Source: Octopus bimaculoides
Lineage: Eukaryota
Assembly (NCBI RefSeq): GCF_001194135.2
Contig: NC_068985.1
Location: 86,389,456 to 86,453,455, forward strand
Direction of reading: 5' to 3'
DNA: 64,000 bases
Shown: piece after piece, positions 39,433 through 51,750 of the stretch
How positions within the stretch are numbered: the stretch's first letter is position 1
Layout: each line of letters opens with the position of its first letter
The notes under the pieces: generated by a model
Databases searched by the model: none
Told to the model about the DNA's origin: nothing
What the model saw: only the letters and a program-made list of their open reading frames with translations
Position numbers and translations under genes: made by a program

Positions 39433-39589
39433 CTTTAACTTGTTTCAGTCATTGGACTGCAACCACACTGAGGCACCACCTTGAAGGGAATTAATCAAAC
39501 AAGATGACTCCCAGTATTTATATTTTAAAGCCCAGTAATTATTCGATAAATTTCTTATACCAAACCACGAAGCTATGGGCACAAAAACA

Positions 39590-40626
39590 AAACAACAATG
39601 CAGTGGAAAGTGCAAGGAATATTAATGCAGTATATGGGGATCAGACAATAAGCATAAGCCAGTGTCAACGGTGGTTTCAGAAATTCTGAGCCAGAAACTA
39701 TCCTAGGAGACAAGCCTCATCCTGGAAGATCTGTAGAGCTCAACAAGGATGTCCTGCAAACCCTGGAGGAACAAAATCCTATTGTAACTATTGAGGAATT
39801 AGTAGAGAAGCTTGGAATTGCACATTCAACCATTCATCAAGACATGCGTGCCATCAGAAAAGTAAGCAAATTGGTTCAATGGGTTCCTCACAAACTTTCT
39901 GAGTCTAATCGCACACGGAGTGTAAATGTGTGCTCTTCTTTGCTGTCACATCTCATGAATGAACCTGTTTTGGACTGAACAGTGACTGGTGATGAGAAAT
40001 GGGTTCTCTATATAAATGTAAAGTGCCAAAGACAGTGGGTAGGGAAAGGAGAAACATCGGCACCCCAGGCTAAAGAAGGTCTTCACCCATGTTTGGTGGG
40101 ATATGAAAGATTTAGTCCATTTTGAACTTTTAAACCCAAACCAAAGGATAATAAATGAAAGCTATTGCGAGCAGCTTCAGTGGCTTAAGTCAGCACTAGA
40201 AGAAAAATGACCATCTTTGGTTTCAAGACGAATGGAATTCTTCCATTAGGATAATGCTTGGTCACATGCAGAGAGGATGACATTCCAAAGGCTGGAGCAG
40301 TTTGAATGGGAAACGATGCCCCACCCATCAAAATTGCCTGATATTGCCCCATCTGATTATCATTTATTATGCAGTCTTCAAAATCATTTGAACAGAAAAA
40401 ATATGAATTCCGTAGACGAGATCAGAACAGTACTGGAAGAGTATATTTCTTCATGGACAACTGAATTTTGGAAGAGGGGTCCTGCAAGTCTGCCAGAGAG
40501 ATGGAAGAACATTGTAGAAAATGGAGGAGAGTATATTTTAGATAAAAAAAAAAGAACTTCTTTTATCTTAATTTTGAAAAATAAAAGAAGTATAAAAAGC
40601 TGCATTATTTATGGGATGCCCCAATA
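39590..40626 (+). mobile_element. mariner (DD34D) transposon remnant; near-complete transposase pseudogene with right TIR
   Basis: NNAVESARNINAVYGD...CQRWFQKF, WVPHKLS, VTGDEKWVLY, DNAWSH-(34)-APSDYHL, LPERWKNIVENGGEY; ends cattatttatgggatgccccaata. Left end missing; four premature stops plus frameshifts. Confidence 0.9.
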
Positions 40627-41959
40627 CATTATTTGGATTATAATAATGTAGTACACTAACACTATTAGGAATAATGTTCTTCAAAACTATTGCAGCTTCA
40701 TGTAGATTAGTGATGTAACATTCAATTAGTGATAATGGACTTCATAACATGCATGTCCTTTTTGTCATTTAACATTAAAAACAATAAAAAAAAAAACAAT
40801 ACAAATATCTATCTTTTAAACCAACACCAACGTAAGATGAACTTGTTAATTTATGAGAGAAAAAAATAAACAAGTAAACATCAATAATTGAATTTATTTC
40901 TCTCCAGAAAAGAAAGGGACATCTTTGTGGATGCACATATTTTCCTCTTAGATTTACCAATATTATTCTTTCTTTTGATCAAATAATGAAGTTTGTAAAA
41001 CAATGAAAATCATTTCAGTTGAAGAATATTTATTTACATAAATTTTAATTTATTGTACAAAAATCAAACAATTTATATAAATTTATAATCATTTAACAAA
41101 AACCAACAACAATATTGTTCTGTTTATACTAATAATTTCTTTAAATTCATTAAGATTATGGATAAATTTGTAACAAAATATAAAAGAAAATTCAAAGTCC
41201 ATTTCTGCTGTAGTAATATTAAATACCATCGGACTTAACCAAATGTTCGTGTCAGAATTATACTCCAAGTAAAACTCTACCACTGCTTCAGGATCTCCAT
41301 CTAAAATTAACAAGTTACCTAGTTATCCAATTTTCAATCTGAAAAATAAAAACTGGATAATCATTCAAAAAATGTTTAGAATATTCAATTATTAGAGATG
41401 CAACTTTCTGTTTCTTTGAAGAGATTTTAATTGTGAATGTTCAAACAAAAGTCTTTATGCAATTAATTGGTTACCTTGATTGGAATCATGCAAAACATTC
41501 ATTAGATGAAGATGTCCCACCACATGAAGCAAACTCAGGCATATTATAGCCATATCTGTCTAGAACATGTAGTAAGCACTAGTCTTATTGTAAGCATGTT
41601 TTGCCATGACCTGAAACAAGTACAGTTATAGTCATGTCTTTTCATAGCATGAACCAAGATGAGGCCATATTGAAGCAACATATTTCTGTAGCTTGAGACA
41701 AGCTTGTGACTTTTAGTCACTATGGCTTTTCAATGGAGAAAGCAAGCTCAAGTAATATAATAGTTATGTCTGTGAAGAGAATATGGGATTTGCAGTTCTT
41801 CTGATCTTTTGGTATTAAAATTAACATTTAAAAAAAAAACTATTAAAATGAAATCGATCTTATCTTATATCACTCATAAAGTAATTCATGTTTTAGTATC
41901 AAATGACTTGTGATTGTGAGTTAATGACCCCTCCTGTGTGACCCCTCTGTCCGGCATTC

Positions 41960-42147
41960 ACCATGATAGATCGCTAGCCACTACACATTCTTTATTTTCT
42001 CTCCCTGTTTCTTTCTGTGTTCCTTTCTGTCGAAGAGCGTAAGCTTGAAACATTAAAGACCTTTTCACTTCCTGAGCATTATACTAATACATCTGTTTGT
42101 TGTCTACACCACCTGTCTTTGTCTTTTGTTTTTTTGTGAATTCTCCC

Positions 42148-42150
<3 letters not shown>
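41960..42150 (+). mobile_element. Penelope pLTR-like non-coding fragment with a hammerhead-like motif
   Basis: CTTT-CTGTCGA-A-GAGC-gtaa-GCTT-GAAA-CATT-AAAG at 42023-42058; the element ends at the TA/TG microsatellite. Confidence 0.5.
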
Positions 42151-42214
<64 letters not shown>

Positions 42215-42216
<2 letters not shown>

Positions 42217-42587
42217 ATAAATTAGGGAACAAAGTTGATAAAATCCCGGCTACATATATTTCATAATGAGCAGAACCTTGGAAGTAGTAATTATCCAAAT
42301 GACAGGTAGACTACAAGTTACTCTTCAGGCCAAGGACATCTTGATTATATGAAGTTTACATTGTCGTGAGGAGATCCCATGTTAACTTGTCGGGGATTTG
42401 ATCAAGATATGTAGAAAGCACAGTTTGATGGATAAAACAATGCAAACTTCATATACTCAAGGCATCCTTAGCCTGAAGATTACCTTGCAGTCTACCCCTT
42501 CATTTGGATAATTATTACTTCCAAGGTTCCCCTAGCTATGAAACATATGTAGCATGGATTTTATCTCCTCCATTCCTAAATATTTGG
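42215..42587. repeat. Foldback element: ~150-bp inverted arms (42215-42363 / 42438-42587) with a 74-bp spacer
   Basis: gataaaatcc..gctacatat.tttcata...gaaccttggaagta.taattatccaaatga..ggtagact.caag...tcttcaggc.aagga...ttga.tatatgaagttt.cattg occurs on both strands at roughly 80% identity. Confidence 0.9.
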
Positions 42588-43451
42588 TTGTTTATTTGCA
42601 TATATAACAACCCCAATTGTAATAATGAATATATAATGTGAATGTATAAATTTCAAATTTAAATAAATTTTTATGATTAGAATGGTGTCTATTTACTTCT
42701 GTCATGTCTGTGTACCTGTGTCTTGAAATACTCAATGCACTCATGGAATGGGTGGAGAATTCTGTTGATAGAACAATTGGATCCTCCTTGTTGAATCTGC
42801 TGCAACCTAACCAGCCATCCATCCACACACACACATATGCACACACAAACACACATGCATCTCAGCTACATGTGTATATTCCTCTGTCTATAGCATATCT
42901 CACTGCATATATATACACATCTAAAGTAATGTTAGAAGCAGTGTTTGATGTGTTTTCAGAAAGGCCACTTTTCTTCAACATTTAATGAATGTTTTAAAAC
43001 AATTCTTGCAGATACCTGAATGGCTAGAGCCATACCAAATGCTAACAAGTTCTTCTAACAGATTATTGTCTTGTTCCCATTTCCAAAAGCATAGCAGCAT
43101 TCCTTAATAGCGACCATTTCCATAACCAAGACATTCTGTGAAGTTAATGTACATGTCAGTGGATGGTGAAAGATAAGAATTGAGTTTCTTGCTTAATTCT
43201 GGGAAAATGACAGAATTATAGTTCTTAAAAACTGCTATCAGCAGGTTGTTATCAAATTGATTACAGTGTTGCAGAGTCTGCTGCATTTATTAAACTAATA
43301 CTGTATAAGTCTTGAGAAAATCTTAACCATTTTTGCATAGGCAGAAATTATTTGCTGCAAGATTTGGAAATTCCTGTGAGGTGTTGTGACATTTTCTTCA
43401 TTTCTGTGCAGGAAATGTTGCAAAGCATTATATATCTCTTTTCCTTCCTGT

Positions 43452-43852
43452 TTTATTCTTTTATTTGTTTCAGTTATTTGACTACAGCCATGCTGGAGCA
43501 CTGCCTTTTAGTTGAGTAAATCGACCCCAGGACTTATTCTTTATAAGCCTAGTACTTATTCTATCAGTCACTTTTGCTGAACCGCTAAGTTACAGGGACG
43601 TAAACACATCAGCATCGGTTGTCAAGCGATGGTGGAGTGACAAACACAGACATACAAACATACACACATACATATATATATATACATATATACGACGGGC
43701 TTCTTTCAGTTTCTGTCTACCAAATCCACTCACAAAGCTTTGGTCGGCCCAAGGCTATAGTAGAAGACACTTGCCCAAGGTGTCACGCAGTGAGACTGAA
43801 CCTGTAACAAAGTGGTTGGTAAGCAAGCTACTTACTACACAGCCACTCCTGC
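43452..43852 (-). mobile_element. Full-length tRNA-derived CORE-type SINE (family C)
   Basis: Minus strand: head gcaggagtggctgtgtagtaag...ggttcagtc, CORE-like ccttgggcaagtgtcttctactatagcc, internal TA/TG microsatellite, and 3' domain gctccagcatggctgtagtcaaataactgaaac. Confidence 0.85.
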
Positions 43853-43888
43853 ATCTATAACTATTATAAATGAATAATAGTTCTCATC

Positions 43889-43941
<53 letters not shown>

Positions 43942-43953
43942 CAACAACAACAA

Positions 43954-43990
<37 letters not shown>

Positions 43991-44545
43991 GTCTTTAAGT
44001 TGTGGGGGAGCATCATAGTCATGTGTTGAGAGGAATTCTTTGGAGTTTGAATAATTCACCTCTGGAAACATGGGTGTTTTGTTCATTATGCTGAAACAAA
44101 CCTTATTCTGAGACCTTTTGAGTGGGATGGGTTACTCAACCTGAAGAAAATTCTAACTGGGCCCCACCTGTAATATCATGTACTGTTTATCTTGATATGA
44201 GATCACCATGTCAAGAACGTACGGTTGTGATGCATGTGCCTGGTGTAGCCTTATCAGATGGATCCTATGGCTGCCGGGATTTTATCTTTGGTCTTTTTTG
44301 TCTTTGGCCTCCTTTGTCTTCAGTCACCAGACTTTTCTGATATCACGTGTGGTTTTAATTGCAAGACATGTCTCCATTTTGTTTTCTGTAGACCTTGGCA
44401 TTTTTCAAAGAGAGGATACAAACTTTTTCTGAAATACTTGTGCTGAAAGCCAAGGGATTCTGGAATAAAATCGTCTGATGAAGTGGGTTTATATGTGTCT
44501 GTATTTTGTCCTTACCTCTAGTTACTGTATATGTTTTTTACTATT

Positions 44546-44818
44546 TTCATACACACACACACACACACACACATCACATATAGACACATACACACTCACA
44601 CACACAAACACACATGCACAAACACACACGCGCAACACACACAAACACGCACACTCACATGCACACACATGCACACACATACAAACTCATGCATCACATG
44701 TAAACACACACACACACTCACACACACACAAACACACATCACATATAAACGTGCACACACTCACACACACATACACACTCACACATGCACAAACACACAC
44801 ACTCACATACACACACAC

Positions 44819-44855
<37 letters not shown>
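44546..44855. repeat. Degenerate (CA)n-derived compound repeat, ~310 bp
   Basis: Direct observation. Confidence 0.9.
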
Positions 44856-47800
44856 ACAAGTATGTATAATGTTTTAATAGAATAACATTAGTTCTCTGTT
44901 TCCAGGAGTTTCTTGCAGGGGAACCCATTTATTGAACCAGAGTGTAAGGAATAAATAAAGCTCTAACTCTAATTTCAGGAGAGTCTTACTTACAGCATGC
45001 TGAGGGCAGTGTGTCACTCGCATCACAAACTCTAGCTAAATAAAAGCTATTTTCCCTATAAGAAACTTATGGTACCAGAGAAATAACACAATTTTTTTTA
45101 AAAAAAAGGATGGTATTTTTGCCCATCTGGTTGTGAGTCCTCATTCCTTCAGTTTGTTACAATACAAATACCTATAGATATAGAATAAATGGATGAGAAG
45201 AAGCATGTGATAAATATTAACTTTGAACCAGAAAGTAACAGAAAACTATTCTTCACCTCTTTTGTGGTCTTCCTGCTTTAGGGAACTAAATTCTATCTGA
45301 ATATTGGGCATCCTGAAATGAGGTTTTACTTCTGGGAAAAATAACTAATATCAAATGTCATTTGTTATATTCAGTAATTCTGCTTTGAGAATAAACGAAC
45401 TGATTTTGAATGATTTCAAACAAACTGAAGAAAAATATTTGCAAATTTTATAACTAAATACCTTGTGGAAAATATTAAAGTTCACGATAAATGCTGACAG
45501 GTGAAGTGTACGCGATTTTTATCATTTTGTATTCTTAACTATCAGAATTTTTAAGTAATAGAATATGGAAAAATAATTTTTTTTTTAACTTTTGCTTCTG
45601 TTTTTAATCATATTGGAAGCTAATACAATCATAATTATCAGAAAAGATAAAATTTATTGTAACCCTAATTAAATTGCCGTGATTAATAAAAGATTATTTG
45701 CTCTGAAAACAATTCATATCTACTGACAACTGACATAGATTTACCACAACAAAGTTACTGAATGGTTGCTATGTTATTCATTTATCAATTGTTCTGAAAA
45801 AAACATATATAAAATAAATAAAAAATTATCTAGAAGCTTTAACTGTTCTAGCAATATATCTAAGATTAGAATAAAGATTATCAGTACCATATCACTGAAG
45901 GTTACAACCATTGACTGCAAAATCCACAATTTATAATTAATTTTACCAAACAGAATATTACAAGAGTTTTCTCATTCTTTTTGTTAACATCGCCAGTATT
46001 ATTGGCTTCACTGCAACGTTTCTGTGTTGGTTATATAAGTGCATGGATTTAAAATATAGTCTCTGTTATCTGCTTATTTTCATTTTCTTCTTAAATACTT
46101 GCTGTGATTCATAGTTGAAAAGATAAGCTGCAGATGAATTAAAACTTACAGCAAGGTTTCACTTAAATCTATCTTTTAATTTATCACTTACTAATGAAAC
46201 AAAACCACAGAATTTCTCCTTCATACTAACCTTCCGATATGTCATAGCAATGAGATGTGTCATAGGAAATTAAGACGCTACAAGAAGCAGAAATAGTCTA
46301 TGCTAATTTTACATAGAAAATCTGAATCTAAAAGAATTCTATAAAATATCATGGCAAACTAAGGCAGCCAACTGTTTAGGATTTTGGATGGAATAATTGG
46401 CAGTGTTCGCTGTAGCATTCTGTACTCCAGGTTCAAATAAGACTAAGGTTATCTTTGTCTTTCAGTCAATCAGGTTCAATAAATAAAACATCAATCCTTT
46501 ACTGCAGTCGATTCTTTTACAGTCTGTGTGTCTGTCTGTTGTCTCCATTTCTAGAAGAGACTGGAAAGAATGAGAGGATCTGCTGGTCTAAAAATATGTC
46601 CAAGACATGCTGTAAACCACGGTGGCATCCATTTGCCTGAATTGGACTTGAGAGTCTGAATAATGCAAGACAATGGTACTCTGAGGCCAAAGATAATCGT
46701 TCCCAAATGAGGTCTGATAAGGCTGGAGCATGCATTTGATTCTTCCTGTGCTCGAAATCAACTCACTCAATGCTGTAAACAAAAGACAAAATTTTCGGGT
46801 TGTCTTCCTTGAAATTCATCACTAGAGTTTGCCATAAAAAAAAAAGCTATGTTTTTCCAAAGGCAGTATCAGAGACAACGGAGAAATGTTCCAGTTGGAT
46901 CTGGTCAAGGTGGAACAAAAATGACCTCCATACTGCTTGAAGTTAATTGTGGTAGCACTGACGTTTCACCACTAACATGACAATCAACATTATTTCTTCT
47001 TTAAGTATGAGCTTGAAAGCTGAGTCAATGGTGAGGAGTTCCAACTAGAGGAAATCTCCAAGTGGTTTAAATGCACAAGTCCCTGATATCCAAATGGCTA
47101 AAAGGTGTCAGTAGAATGGTCCCTAGGAGTCACGACCTAGATGTGGCCCAGTCCTCTTAGAGGATAGGAAGTTAAGATCCGAAACACTTGCCTGAGTGGG
47201 TGGGGATTCTTCTATGAAGGCCTTCTGCTGTTCAACTCCAGTGAAAATTTCTTACCACTAGTTTTAATCAGTATTACTAGATCTCAATTTACTGATAATT
47301 TGTCATGTTTTAGAAAACTCTGGATAGATTTTCCATGGCATTTTGTAAATATCAACTTGTCTAAAAGAACTAATATTATATCAGTGTCAAACTAAACAAG
47401 ATTATTTAATGTTTGGATATTTATTCCAAATGATTTGTTGTGGAATTTTCAAAAATTGGAATTTTACAAAAGAAAATACGCAAACAAGTATTTTTTAAAA
47501 GTTGATATTCTTTTGTGGCAAATATCTATCTGATAATCTGAAGGAGTTAGGTGAGCATTAAGTATTTCTGTAATATTTATCCAGTTCTCTCTCATTTCAC
47601 ACCATTGTATACTTAATGAACATCAAAATGGAGAGGATAAGCAGCAGATGTAGTGAAACTTCCCACATGCTTTCACTGATATCTCCATTCAACATATGAA
47701 AGATAAACATCAGATGCACTGAAAGCTGCAGTAGGGTTTCACTTAGATATATATTTATATTTTCATTTCACTCCTGCATTCATTCACGGAAGAATACAAT

Positions 47801-47944
47801 GACATTGATAATGAATCATATAGTGTTTGATGATGATGATGATGATGATTAGGGGGGAGAGAAGGTGAAGGAGGAGGAGGAGGCAGAGGACATAGACGAG
47901 TTTAATAATGCCCAGAGTGATAAGGAATTACACATACATTTACA

Positions 47945-47987
<43 letters not shown>

Positions 47988-48061
47988 AGACTTAAAGTCT
48001 GGTGAGTGGACTTGATAGATGGAACTAAGGAACATGATGGACTTCTTTCAAGTCCATCATG

Positions 48062-48116
<55 letters not shown>

Positions 48117-48687
48117 CTCTATCTCGCTATATATATGTCTATATGTATGTATGTGTTTGTGTGTGTGCATCATTAAAAAGAATGTAGAATTATGCATCTT
48201 CAAAATTTGCTTATTCTCAGTGTCATTCTCATTAAATTCCAATCCAACACATGTTTCTCTTGGATAAGTGTCCTCCTGTCCTTTGATGTAGCATTTGCAT
48301 GCATTCAGTTGGTTCAGTTGCCTTAGACATTCATCCGAGGCTGACATTCCTCTGCAACTTTGTCCATGTTTTTACCCAGGTGGGTGGGTAGACATGTATG
48401 TATGTCTGTGCGGGTATGGTTGTGTCTGTGTGTGTAGACACACCTACTTTTGTGTATTTGCTTACATTTGTGCGTCTCTAGGAGTTACTTAGCAACTAGC
48501 AGTGACGTTGATGCCATTTTCTTTGTCCGCTGACCTTGTCCCTTCAAATAATCTGGGAATAAAATATTCCTTATTTGAAAAAATAGGGTTAACTACAGGA
48601 AGGACATCAGACCAAAGAAACACTAGCTCATGCTAGGATGAAAATCATGGATACAGAATCGAATGAAATATATAAATATATGGAGAG

Positions 48688-48827
48688 ATAGAGAGAGGAA
48701 GAGAAAGAGAGAGAGGAAGAGAAAGAGAGAGAGGAAGAGAAAGAGAGAGAGNNNNNNNNNNGAGAGAGGAAGAGAAAGAGAGAGAGGAAGAGAAAGAGAG
48801 AGAGGAAGAGAAAGAGAGAGAGAGAGA
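48688..48827. repeat. 16-bp purine minisatellite (gagagaggaagagaaa)n with an internal 10-N gap
   Basis: Direct tandem copies. Confidence 0.9.
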
Positions 48828-50192
48828 ATTATTGTGAGGAGCTGGTGGTAAATGGTTAATTTAAAGTTTCGTTGAAGAATATACGCCTATTTTCTTTTCT
48901 ACTCTTTTCTGTTTCAGTTCTATTCTGTTTTTATTAATTCGCTCCTATAATTAAGAATTAAATATAATTAATTTCCGCTAAGTAAACTCTCTTACCATAG
49001 AGCGATGCAGAAATGTCTCTGTTGAGTCTGAAACACACACTGACAGTTTGCTCTTTCAAATTAAACAGCATTGTGTGTCATATAATGATTGTATCTCATA
49101 ATTATATTCCACACTACCAACACTAAAGAAAACATTATCAAGCCACACAATCAGTTTAAATGGGCAGCAGTAGTTCTGGAATGGACTCACAGAATATTTT
49201 GAATGGTTATTCTTGCTGAAGATAGAAGTTTCAGACTGGAGAAAGTCTTAATGGAAGAATTTGTCAATTAAATGTAATGTAAAGGCTATATATATATGTG
49301 TGTTTGTATCAAATAATATTCTGTGTGTTAATGTGTATAGATGTATACATACATAAACGCTAAATTGAAGCTATTATTTAAAGTTAGTTTAAGAATAACA
49401 TGGGAGCATTTGCCAGTGAGGAAGGCCACATTACTGAGAGTAGAGTCAAATTCATTTTAAATATCATTGTGACAGGAACTTTTGGTTTCACCTGACAGCT
49501 TATTCAACCAGTGAAGTAAGATTGGATTCAGGTGTTTATGAAGGAAAGCAGAAGGAAAGCCATGTTAAATAAGAGATGTTTGTGTAGCAATTTACATTCA
49601 GTGTAAAAATTACGAGGAAATGAAATTTATTGGTGACAGAAATCTAATAGAATAGTTTAAAAGTCAGAAAATAAATCTGAAAGTAAATGGCAGGAGGCAG
49701 GCAGTTAAAAAATTATTACAAGGTGAATTCAGTAAATGCTGCAAAAACCTTTAAACAACTCAAGTGAAAAATATGGCAAAGTACGTAATGTAATGGTGAT
49801 AAATGAAAGCATAAAGGAAAGATATTTTATTACCTTACATAGGTTGTTTAATGATCCTAAAATATTTCAGGAAAGATTCCCCTTTTCAAATAGAAGAAAG
49901 AAAACAGTCAAAGAGTTTGGAATAATGTGCTATTATCAGTAAATCATTTTAGTGCTTTATTTTTGTTGTCATTTATTGACATTGCCTTCACTATTTTGCC
50001 TTACCTTTCACATACAATACTCAAATGCTTTTTTAAACATTTTTGTGTATCTTACACATTGCAATGATTCAAGAAAATAATGATTCAAGGTGAAAAAGCC
50101 ATCATGTGAAACTTGGAATTCCAATCAACACATGTACATACATATACACATGCATATCTGCACATACATATGTACACATCCAAGTATATATT

Positions 50193-50705
50193 ATCATCAT
50201 CCTCATCGTCATCATCATCATCATCATCATCATCATTGTTTAACGTCCGCTTTCCATGCTGGCATGGATTGGACAGTTTGACTGAGGACTGGTGAGCTAG
50301 AGGCTACACCAGGCTGAATTTGATCTGGCAAAGTTTCTACAGCTGGATGCCCATCCTAATGCCAACCACTCTAAGAGTGTAGCGGGTGCTTTTATATGCT
50401 ACCAGCATGAGGGCTAGTTAGGCAGTTCTGGCAGAGACCACGCTCAAAGGTGTATTTACGTGCTACCTGCATGGTAGCCAGTCTGGCAGCACTGGCAACG
50501 ACCACGCTCGAATGTTGTTTTACACGTGCCATCAGCACATGCGCCAGTAAAGCGATGCTGGCAATAATCACTCTCGAGTGGTGTTTTTCACATGTCACCA
50601 GCATGGGAGCCAATCTGTGGCCCTGGTAACAATCATGCTCAGCTGTGCTTTTAACATTCCACAGGCACGAGTGCCAATCAGGCGGTACTGTCATTGGCAA
50701 TGTCA
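50193..50705 (-). mobile_element. Long RTE family B 3' UTR copy with about five ~60-bp subrepeats
   Basis: (CAT)n tail, ctggatgcccatcctaatgccaaccac, then repeated tgc..ttt.acgtgcca...ctggcaacgaccacgctcgaa units. Confidence 0.8.
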
Positions 50706-51519
50706 GCAACTTTGATTTGTTTATATATATGTAAATATGCATGTGTGTTATATTCTTTGTCAACAGATGTAAAACGAAGCAGATATTTTAAAATTTATTG
50801 CTCAATACATATTTCATGAAGTAAACTTAGAATCTATAGCATCTTTATAGACATTTATTCAAACAAATTCATTACACAAGTTTCGACACCCGTCAAAACT
50901 TACGGCTGTTTATGATTATTTATATATTTGATTTTATATACTTGAATAAATCTGCATATGTGTATACATGGAAACAAACTCTGTCTGTCACTATCTCTCT
51001 CTTTGTCTCTCTCTCTCTCTTTGTCTCTCTCTCTCTCTCTCTCTCTCAAGCACTCATATGTGTATGTATGTATGTATATAGACACATATGTATAATATCT
51101 CTGAGTGTGTATGTATATAATTATATATAATTGTTGATGTGCCAGTGATAATCTGTTTCAGGGTTACATCTATAGATTTTAGTCAATAATGAGTGTAGCA
51201 GCAAATGTAATTCCCATCACAATATTCTAGAGAAAAGAGAGATCAACAGAGCAAGTTTCATGCTTCTACCCAGATTTTATCCGTGCCTGAGAGTTAATTT
51301 CAACTGTCAATGGAGACATTGCCCATAACACCACAATTATAAAGGACTTAATTTCATTGGATTGACCAATTTGCATAAATAACACAATTCTGGTCACTTC
51401 GCTTGATTCATAAATCACATGTGCATTAACACCGTTTGAATGTTATGTTTCACAACAAAATATGTTTAAATATTTCAACCAACGTTTATACATTAGATGG
51501 ATATAAGCATTCAAACCAA

Positions 51520-51750
51520 GGTTTTGTCTGCTGGAATGTCATCTTGATGAAACATGACTCATTTTGTCAATTTTCCTGGGTGTTTGGTCTTGATAGCCTT
51601 TTGTATCTGTTTCAGCAAGTTGGCATAGTACTCTCCATTGATGGCGTGGCCCTTTTCAAGATAGTCAATAAACACGATATCTTTTGCATCACATAAAATG
51701 GAGACCGTCACCTTCCCTGTAGATGAAACGACCATTGCTTACCTCGGAGG
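51520..51750 (-). mobile_element. mariner transposase internal fragment
   Basis: VSSTGKVTVSILCDAKDIVFIDYLEKGHAINGEYYANLLKQIQKAIKTKHPGKLTK*VMFHQDD. Confidence 0.8.

Noticed and set aside
44470-44500. Other CTGATGA words (also near 577, 10384, 12198, 38382)
   Set aside because: No stem II closed by GAAA follows them.
47145-47192. Hammerhead-like GGAT...ATCC-GAAAC
   Set aside because: The CUGANGA core is absent (CTTAGA) and stem I is broken.
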